A DNA stretch of 64,000 nucleotides from an uncultured Desulfospira sp. (GTDB lineage: Bacteria; Desulfobacterota; Desulfobacteria; Desulfobacterales; Desulfobacteraceae). The DNA is taken from positions 1,216,001 through 1,280,000 of the forward strand of contig OY760175.1 in the NCBI GenBank assembly GCA_963663165.1, read 5' to 3'. The first letter of the stretch is position 1. Each line of letters opens with the position of its first letter. Below the pieces are notes generated by a model. That model worked only from the letters and a program-made list of their open reading frames with translations, did no database searches and was not told where the DNA came from. Shown piece by piece: positions 42,528 to 50,800 of this stretch. Made by a program: the position numbers and the translations under genes.

Positions 42528-43577
42528 ATGTTGAATCCTAGGATAAAAATCACACCCGAAATCTTAAACCTCATTGCCAAAATAGACGAGTTCAAAGGGG
42601 AATGGAAAGCCATCGGGAACCTGGCTCCTGATCGCCTCAATGCCCTTAAGCATGTGGCAACCATAGAATCCATAGGGTCTTCCACGCGGATCGAAGGGGT
42701 TAAACTGAGTGATCAGGAGATCGAGTTGCTGTTATCCGGCCTGGACAAAAAGTCTTTTGGCTCCAGGGATGAACAGGAGGTGGCCGGATATGCTGATGTA
42801 ATGAACACCGTGTTTGAATCCTACGGGCAGATCCCGTTTACTGAAAACTATATCAGGCAACTGCACAAGATGCTGCTCCAATACAGCTCAAAGGATACAC
42901 GGCACCGGGGGGAGTATAAAAAGATGACCAATCATGTGGAGGCGTTTGACCATGACGGGAAAAGCCTGGATGTCATCTTTGAAACATCCTCGCCCTTTGA
43001 TACACCCAGAGACATGGAAGAGCTGCTGGCATGGACCAGTAAGCAGTTAAAAGAAAAAGAGCTTCATCCCCTGTTAACCATATCTGTATTTATCGTTCAT
43101 TTTTTGGCCATCCACCCGTTCCAGGACGGCAACGGAAGGCTATCAAGAGTGCTGACAGCCCTGCTGCTGTTGAAAGAGGGATATCTGTACGTTCCCTACA
43201 GTTCCCTGGAAAGTGTGCTTGAAAAAAACAAGGACAACTATTACCTGGCCTTGAGACGGACCCAGGGTTCGTTTAAATCTGAAGAACCGGACTACACTCC
43301 CTGGCTTACCTTCTTCCTGGACGCCCTTGACGCACAAAAGGAAATGCTGGCCCGGAAGATCGAAAGGGAGAACGTTTTTACGAAACTGCCCAAGCTATCC
43401 CGGCAGATCATTGAACTGGTGAAGGATCATGGAGAGCTGTCCATATCAGAGATCGAATCCATCACAGGAGCCAACCGAAACACCATAAAGAAAAAGCTGG
43501 CAGAACTTGTGCGGGACAACCACCTGACCAGGCAGGGCCAGGGTAAAGGGACCCGGTATGTTCCTGGTATAAAATAG
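42528..43577 (+). CDS. Fic-domain protein with C-terminal HTH
   Basis: Catalytic motif HPFQDGNGRLSR and N-terminal inhibitory-type motif SSTRIEG. Confidence 0.92.
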   Translation: MLNPRIKITPEILNLIAKIDEFKGEWKAIGNLAPDRLNALKHVATIESIGSSTRIEGVKLSDQEIELLLSGLDKKSFGSRDEQEVAGYADVMNTVFESYGQIPFTENYIRQLHKMLLQYSSKDTRHRGEYKKMTNHVEAFDHDGKSLDVIFETSSPFDTPRDMEELLAWTSKQLKEKELHPLLTISVFIVHFLAIHPFQDGNGRLSRVLTALLLLKEGYLYVPYSSLESVLEKNKDNYYLALRRTQGSFKSEEPDYTPWLTFFLDALDAQKEMLARKIERENVFTKLPKLSRQIIELVKDHGELSISEIESITGANRNTIKKKLAELVRDNHLTRQGQGKGTRYVPGIK

Positions 43578-43881
43578 CGGATCGTCTCCGGTGCTCGGGC
43601 TCCACCCCTTAGGGGGTTCCGCTGCCTGCGCCCGGAGCCGGCCTTATTATATGCCCGCCCAACCACCCTTTAAATGCGGATGGCTGCGCCGCCTTATTTT
43701 ATATCCCCACCCGCCCGGCGAAAGTGCTGTTCCGGCGCTACGGGCACGCCGGTCGCTCCAACATTGCGTAAAGTCGTTACGTTCGGCGTGTCTGATAAGG
43801 CTGCCTTATCAGACACGGCCGGTCCGTCACAGGTCTTGCAAACTGCCGCAAGACCTGCGCCGGACCGCCTTCCCTCTCTCC

Positions 43882-43909
43882 ACTACACATAACAAACATT
43901 ATGTCTACT
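43882..43909. other. dif-like tyrosine recombinase site
   Basis: actacacataa-caaaca-ttatgtctact has the 11-6-11 layout of E. coli dif (ggtgcgcataa-tgtata-ttatgttaaat), with the inner cataa/ttatgt conserved. Confidence 0.6.
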
Positions 43910-44292
43910 TTACGCAATGTTCCGCTTCCTTTGCGCCCTTCGCTGCCTCCACAGCCCTTCCGCTCCCCCTTAAAAAAGGAAGAAGATCCATTTTATATGC
44001 CGGCTGCCGCCGGCAGGCTTCTGCGGTTAAAGAAAAAAAACAGGATAAGCTTGAATATCGGGAAGATATATCATACTACTTCAAATAGCTCTTTTACATG
44101 TTGGAGGCTTTACCAGGAGGGCATTGTGCCATAACCGGACGGTGGGATATCCTTTTCTTTAAAATACCCTCAAATTTGGGTGAAGGGCATTTGAAAGAAA
44201 AGAATATCTTGTGGAATGGGACGATTTAGGTATGGCCGGACAGCTCCGGCACAAAAAACAGCTCTCTAAGAGGGGGAGGTGCATCGCAATAC

Positions 44293-44819
44293 TTCCGGGA
44301 CAATATTGGGATGGGGAGACGGGGCTGCATTATAATTTCCATCGGCATTACGATCCTCATACAGGACGATATCTCGCTGTTGATCCAATTGGCTTATTTG
44401 ACAATGGAGACTTGTTAATAAACCTATTTTTATTCAAAACGAATTCGAAAAAAACTACTTTAATTGGCAACCCTAACCATCAGTATTGTTATGTACGGAG
44501 CAATCCGATCAACATGTTTGATATGTATGGATTGGAGGAAATATTACCCAAAGATTGTAAAGAGGCAAAATGCATAGAAAACTGCGTAAGAGGATGTGGA
44601 GAAAAAGCTACTAAATGCATGATGGGTGCGGTATGGCCATACGGATTCCCAACATGTGAATTGGTATGTGTTGGCTTATCTCTTGGCAAAGGGATTCTGC
44701 CCTGCACTATAATGTGTGGAATATATACAGGTTACATTGTACTTGATTGCGCTTTGGAAGAACAAAGCTGTGTTCAAAGTTGTGAAACAGAATGTTCTGA
44801 CAAAAAACCCGCTACTTAA
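44293..44819 (+). pseudogene. Orphan Rhs C-terminal cassette with Cys-rich (CxxxC) tip
   Basis: PGQYWDGETGLHYNFHRHYDP...DPIGL...NPINMFDMYGL, then the tip at 44535-44819. The ORF track extends this to 44211. Confidence 0.85.
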
Positions 44820-44853
44820 TAATAAATATTATATTTGGAAGATATAAAAGAAA

Positions 44854-45171
44854 ATGAAAAAATTAATTGTTCGGGTTTTAGGTGCATGTATTTGTTTATT
44901 GTGTGGAATTTATTTTAAAATATCGTTTGAAAGCGTAATAACGAAGTGGGAACATAATGTTCTGAATGTTTGGCCTATAACAACATGGTGTGTTTTTTTA
45001 TTCGGGAACCTCTTATATTTTATTTTTTTTGTTATATCTTTAAGGATGCTTATTTGGGGGAAAATGCCTTCTCTAATTGTAAAAGCTGTATTAGATTTTC
45101 AGAAAATTTGGTTTGTACAATACTTAATTCGATGGACTGAAAAGATCGGGCGTTGGGTCACGCGGTTTTAA
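44854..45171 (+). CDS. Putative immunity protein, membrane
   Basis: 105 aa with two hydrophobic segments, directly after the tip. Confidence 0.7.
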   Translation: MKKLIVRVLGACICLLCGIYFKISFESVITKWEHNVLNVWPITTWCVFLFGNLLYFIFFVISLRMLIWGKMPSLIVKAVLDFQKIWFVQYLIRWTEKIGRWVTRF

Positions 45172-45462
45172 ATTCAGTTGACCGGGGACCGGGGGACGGG
45201 CCAAGAAATGCAATGTAACCAATTGATAATAAATGATTTTAATTTTTGAAACACTGGTTTGGGTCTATTATTAGGGCGATAATTGGGGTCCGATAATTGG
45301 ATAATTGGGATAATTGGGGTGACCGGGGGTCGGGCCGCAGCAACCGATTGTAATATAAGAAAAAGAACCAAAATCACACCCCCAAAAACGGCCTTAATCG
45401 CCTCTTTTGGTCTAATGGGGTCAGGCTTGACATTTGGACTTTCTATTCCCCAAAGCAAATTG

Positions 45463-45675
45463 CTATGCCACAGCCATAAGCTTATCTGTCCGGTCTCCTA
45501 GTGTTTTAATGATTTCCTGGATAGCGTCTACTTCCTGTTCATCAAAATAGACCTCTGCGCATTGTTGACACACCCAGGCCGGCACTTTTTCCAAAGTTAA
45601 GTGGTAGCCCTTTTGATCAATATGAAAAGGTGCCGTGCTTTTGATCATTGTTCCCTGGCAATGCATACACTTCAT
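45463..45675 (-). CDS. YgiT-type (MqsA-like) zinc-finger protein, putative antitoxin
   Basis: MKCMHCQG...VPAWVCQQCAEVYF. Confidence 0.82.
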   Translation of the reverse strand: MKCMHCQGTMIKSTAPFHIDQKGYHLTLEKVPAWVCQQCAEVYFDEQEVDAIQEIIKTLGDRTDKLMAVA

Positions 45676-45989
45676 GGTTTTTTCCTTGTTTTAAAATCGT
45701 TCTCCCACTCCTGTTCGTCGGGCAGGTAAGCGGTTATAATGGCAAGATAGTCCGGTTTGGGAGAACAAACAACATGGATCGCCCGATCAGGGCAGCCCAG
45801 GACAAGGCAACTGTGGCCCCGGACATCTTCCGGATAATCTTCTATGACCTCACCGTTTTCGATCACGTAACGGATATCCCTGGTGCTTATCATCCTGTCC
45901 GGCCTTGACATCTGGCGTACAGCATGGGGAAGAAACAGTATTTGTTTTTCCGCACTTTTCTGTATGCGGTTCAATATGTCATGTTCCAT
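45672..45989 (-). CDS. DUF4258-like putative toxin
   Basis: HAVRQM...GEVIEDYPED...SCLVLG...IHVVC...IITAYLPD..W; 4-nt overlap with the zinc-finger gene. Confidence 0.8.
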   Translation of the reverse strand: MEHDILNRIQKSAEKQILFLPHAVRQMSRPDRMISTRDIRYVIENGEVIEDYPEDVRGHSCLVLGCPDRAIHVVCSPKPDYLAIITAYLPDEQEWENDFKTRKKP

Positions 45990-45994
45990 AAATG

Positions 45995-46141
45995 CTACAG
46001 GCCTGTTTGGGACGCCAAACGCTGGAAACGGTGTTTAATAATAAATGTATTTAATACCTCTTTTATCGTGGTTCGGTCCTCTTCGGTCAGGTTGTCTATC
46101 TCCTTGATGGTCTGCATCAACGCCCTGTCAGCTAATACCAT
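45995..46141 (-). CDS. 48-aa protein resembling the C-terminal domain of the local XRE regulators (not in ORF track)
   Basis: MVLADRALMQTIKEIDNLTEEDRTTIKEVLNTFIIKHRFQRLASQTGL with RBS ggag. It aligns by eye with the end of 47186..47557. Confidence 0.6.
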   Translation of the reverse strand: MVLADRALMQTIKEIDNLTEEDRTTIKEVLNTFIIKHRFQRLASQTGL

Positions 46142-46218
46142 AGTCACTCCATTGTTTTATTACAATCAGGCTATTTTTGATCATATTTTTTAGTGTGCCT
46201 TTATTTTTCAAGTTGGGC

Positions 46219-46553
46219 AAGTTTTTTTCAAACAAGGCCAGTGAAGACAATGCCTTCCAGATTTACCAGGGGGATCTGCCCCCCTTGGAAGCGCCCGCAG
46301 GCCTTGCCGGAGTCAGTATGCCGGCAGGAAAGATCAGCCTTACATGGAATGCCGTGGATTCTGCCGCAGGATATGTGGTGTACCGGATGGCTCCCGGGCA
46401 AGTTCAACTTTCCCCTTTAACCACCCTTGACACCACACAATATACAGACCAGCCGGATCAGGAAGGCACATACACCTATGCGGTGGCAAGTCTGCGCAGT
46501 GTAAACGGCCAGGAAGCCGAAAGCGGCCAAAGTGCGTCTATTGAAGTTGAGTC
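46219..46553 (+). pseudogene. Isolated FN3-repeat fragment of the giant Rhs gene
   Basis: Matches copy 1 at about 1626-1940. It ends at an atgagtcgggcc/ggggtc site. Confidence 0.85.
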
Positions 46554-46732
46554 ATGAGTCGGGCCATGAGCAAGCAAATGAGTCGGGGTCGGACCAAGCA
46601 AAATGATTTATAATCAATCAGTTAGCCTTAAAAACATCCCCTTTTGGGGGCCTATATTGATGTTTTTGAGGGCAAAAAAGGCGTTTTAAGAAACCAACCA
46701 AGGTCAAGCTTGACAGCTAAACAAGAGTTCAG

Positions 46733-46981
46733 CTAATAATGATATCTACAAGCCAATATCCTGATTTTTTCATCAAAGACCTGGTAGACCAGCCGGTGTT
46801 CCCGGTCAATCCGTCGTGACCAGCATCCAGACAGTTCATGTTTGAGGGGTTCGGGCTTGCCCGTCCCCTCAAACGGTTGGCGTTGGACTTCCTTGATGAG
46901 TTTAACGATTTTTTGGGCCTTCTTTCTGTCCTTTTCGATCCACCAGGCAAGGTCCTCAAATCCGTTGGCATCAAACTCCAA
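46733..46981 (-). CDS. Txe/YoeB-family toxin
   Basis: PFEGTGKPEPLKHELSGCWSRRIDREHRLVY...CRYHY. The start is uncertain (ORF track gives 47035). Confidence 0.9.
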   Translation of the reverse strand: MEFDANGFEDLAWWIEKDRKKAQKIVKLIKEVQRQPFEGTGKPEPLKHELSGCWSRRIDREHRLVYQVFDEKIRILACRYHY

Positions 46982-47174
46982 GATCCTGGCAGGCTTTATC
47001 AAAAGGTATTCCTTCCGTGCGGTTTTTAGCATCAAGCAGCCGTTTTTTCATCGCGGCACTTTTGAGCAGATAGGCGGTCTCTTTTTCCGCCTCAATTTCC
47101 TTCCACAGATTAATGGGCACTATAACGCCCGTGATATTGTTTCTATCGTCAGAAATATATTGAATCTGGTTCAT
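46971..47174 (-). CDS. Putative antitoxin for YoeB
   Basis: 67 aa upstream of and overlapping the toxin. ETAYLLKS resembles YefM-type C-termini. Confidence 0.75.
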   Translation of the reverse strand: MNQIQYISDDRNNITGVIVPINLWKEIEAEKETAYLLKSAAMKKRLLDAKNRTEGIPFDKACQDLGV

Positions 47175-47185
47175 TGTTACGTCCT

Positions 47186-47557
47186 TTAACTGTGTGCCAG
47201 TTCTTCAAACTTGTGGCGTTTTATAAACGAATCAAGGACACAGATAAGGGTGTCCTGGTATTCGGCAGGCAGTTTTTCTATATCTTCGATTCGTTCGATA
47301 AGTTGTGCATTTTTCATTTTTTCTGCACCGGTATTCCGTCCTATCACCAGATAATCCAGGCTGACATCAAGTGCTTCGGCAATTCTAACCAGCGTGGGAA
47401 TGGGAGGAGATGACACCCCTCTTTCATATTTAGAAATCTTTTGCAGATCAATGCCCGCCTTTTGGGCTAACTTACCCTGGGACCAGTCTTTATTTTTTCT
47501 TAACCGCTTCAATATGATTGGAAAAGAAAAGGGACTTTTATTTTTTATTGTATCCAC
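47186..47557 (-). CDS. XRE-family HTH regulator (second paralogue)
   Basis: LKRLRKNKDWSQGKLAQKAGIDLQKISKYERG; GTG start after aggagg. Confidence 0.88.
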   Translation of the reverse strand: MDTIKNKSPFSFPIILKRLRKNKDWSQGKLAQKAGIDLQKISKYERGVSSPPIPTLVRIAEALDVSLDYLVIGRNTGAEKMKNAQLIERIEDIEKLPAEYQDTLICVLDSFIKRHKFEELAHS

Positions 47558-47846
47558 AAGACAACCTCCTTTCTTAATCATAGGGCTTTGAATTCTTGAA
47601 ATCAAATCAATTTTTTCTTAACTTTGCCATATTAAGACACTAATTATCAAATAATGCTATAGTTTTTTCTAAAAATGAGCTTGAGAAAAGAGAGTCCATC
47701 AATCAGACTTTGCCAAAATAACCGGTTAACGGTCAGACAAATCACAAAGGGCAAGCCCGTTCGGAACCGTTTTCTTTTACATTCATATCTCCGGACATAA
47801 GTTCAATCAAATCAGCGACGATGCCCCTGATACCGGCTGGGGAGAA

Positions 47847-50800
47847 TTGCCCATCCGTATCCAAACCACGGACACAGGCCCGGTGGTAACCAGTGAGCCC
47901 AACCGCATAGAAACCGGCCTTTCCCTGGACCAAAGCATTACAGAAACCCTCACCCTCAAGAACATGGGGTTCGCCCCCCTGGTTGATCCTGCCGTGTCCC
48001 TGGTAAACCGTGACGGCACCCCGGCCCCGGGCTGGGTGTTGCTGAACCTGCCGTCGGACATTGATGCCGTTGAGGTCGGGGAAAGCGTGGATGCCACGCT
48101 GTTGTTTTCTCCCCCCCCCCAGGGGGCGGTATCAGAAGGCGATTATTATTTTTATATCCAGTTGGAAGGCGCCAATTATGCGGCCGTAAACATCCCTGTT
48201 CATGCAGCGGTCACCAGTTCGGGCACGGGCCATATCCTGTTCAAGGTATCGGACATCTACACCGGCACCATTGATGAAAAAACCGGCAAGATGATCCAGG
48301 GGCTGTCCGGAGCCGCGTTGACCCTGCAAAACGAGAATGCCGCAAGCATCACCTACAGCGGCGGTACGGACCAATACGGGGAACTGCTCTTATCCGACAT
48401 CCCCGCAGGCCGGTACAAGTACATCCTGAAAGCGGACGACCATGAGCAATCCATCGGCCGGGTCTGGATCAAGCCGGGCATTACGGCCACCCAGGATGTT
48501 TTTTTAAACAACACCCTGGTGACCGTGGAGTGGTCAGTGGTTGAAACCGGTATTCAGGACCAGTATGAGATCGTATTAAAGGCCACCTATGAGACCAATG
48601 TCCCGGCACCGGTGGTGGTGGCCGATCCCCTGTCCGTCTCCCTTGCGGGCATGTCACCCGGCGATGTCCTGTCCGGAGAAATCCGGTTCACCAATTATGG
48701 GCTGATCCGGGCGGACAATATTGAATTTGCGGCCCCTTCGTCTGACCAATATTTTAAATACGAGTTTTTAGACATCCCTGCCACCATAGAAGCCAAAGAA
48801 TCTGTCAATGTGGCTTATCGTGTAACCTGCCTTTCCAGCCTGACCGGTGAAGATGAGGGCAACGGTGGGGAAACCGGCGGCTATTCGAAATCGGGTAAAA
48901 TGAGTTACTCTGCCAAATGTTACTCCGGGTCTATATCAGTTAATTTCAATGTCCCGGGAACCGGCAGCGGTGGTGACTGGACAATGCCTTGGGGATCGGC
49001 GAGCAGCACAGGCTTTGGCCGTTCCAGCGAAATTCCCGAAGGGGTGAAATGCTGGCCGGGTTTTGACCGTGAAGAACCATCATTTTTTAACGCTGCAAAA
49101 TCAAATCAAGTCCAATGCGTTTTGTCTTCAGTGAATATGCTGCATCGGGAATATAATCGCCACAAAACCGACATCCGGGTCAAGGTGCCCGGCGGGACGA
49201 TAAGTTTTGAACGGCGGTATTACGACAACCAGTGGCACCTGGATTATCTGGATGATAATTTAACCTTTCAAAGCACAGGATCGGACTTAATTATTAAAAA
49301 CGATGTTAAATACAAACCTGTCGCCAACGACAGCCGTATTTTTATCCATAAAAATTATAAAATCATCACTACCGACACCGGGTATACCTGGAAGGCACCC
49401 CATGGCGACTGGAAAAAATTTGACCCGGACGGCCGCATGATGTCTTACGGTGACCGGAACGGCCTGGTGGCCCAACTCATTTACGAAGATGGAGAAAATG
49501 GACGCCTTACAGGCATAGCCGATAAAAACATGCGCCAAATATTCTGGTTTGAATACGACGGGGAAGGAAACCTGGCAGCCGTAGAAGACTTTGAGAGGCG
49601 TCGGATTGAATACTCTCATGGGAATGGCCTGCTTACGGACGTCCAGGATTTACAGGGGAATACAACCAGCTATGAATACGACGATGAGAACCGGATTATA
49701 AAGACAACTACGCCAGACGGGCATTATTCCACAGTGGTATACGACGAATACGACAATGTGACTCAATCCCTGGATGAAAATAACCAGGGGTACGGTTTTG
49801 AGTATGTCTATAGTGAATCCACAAGGCTGTCTTATGCCATGGTCACTTCTCCTGCAGGGCAGGTCAAGGAGGCCTGTTATGACCTGGACGGGTACACCCG
49901 CAGGGTTGACATAAACGGGCGTACAGTCAAGACCATTGATGTATCACTAAGAACCTTTGCCGTGACCGATGAGAACGGCAATGTAACCATAGAAGAGTAT
50001 GATGAATGGGGAAATTTAACCCGGATGAGCTACCCGGACGGCAGTGAAGTAACCTACGAATACGAACGGACCTATAACCAACCGGTCCGCAAGGTAAATG
50101 AAAACGGGGTGGTAAGCTTTTTTGAATATGACGACAACGGCAACCTGACCCAAAAGACGGAAGCAGCCGGAACCGATGATGAACGGATAACCCAACACAC
50201 CTATGATGAAGACGGCAATACCCTGACCATCACCATTTTGGCGGATGCCGATACAAGTGTCTCTCAAACCGTGATGACCTATGATGACAACGGCAACCTT
50301 GAAACCCTTACCGACCCGGCAGGCGGAATTACCCGGTTCACCGATTATGACATTACAGGCAGGCTCCTTACAAAAATCGACGCCAGGGGCAAAACCTGGG
50401 GCTATACCTACGACAACAAGGGCAATCTTAAAACCGCCACCGATCCTTTGGGCAACACCACTGAATATGAATACGATAAAGCCGGCAATCGAACCCGAAT
50501 GGTGGATGCCCTGGGCCGCCAGACCCTGTTCGAATATGATCTCCACGGCAACCTTGTCCTGCAAACCGACCACGAGGGCAACGAAACCCGGTTTGAATAT
50601 GATGCCGGCAATAACCTGATCCGGAAAACCGATGCCCAGGGCTCCACCACCCAAAGTACCTATGACACCGAAGGCCGCATGGTCAGCACGGTTGACGGCC
50701 ATGGGGATGAGACCGCTTTCGAATACAATGATACAGATACCGGCTGCTCGTCCTGCAACGGTTCCCGGGGCCTGCCCTCCAGGATCATCTATCCCACGTT

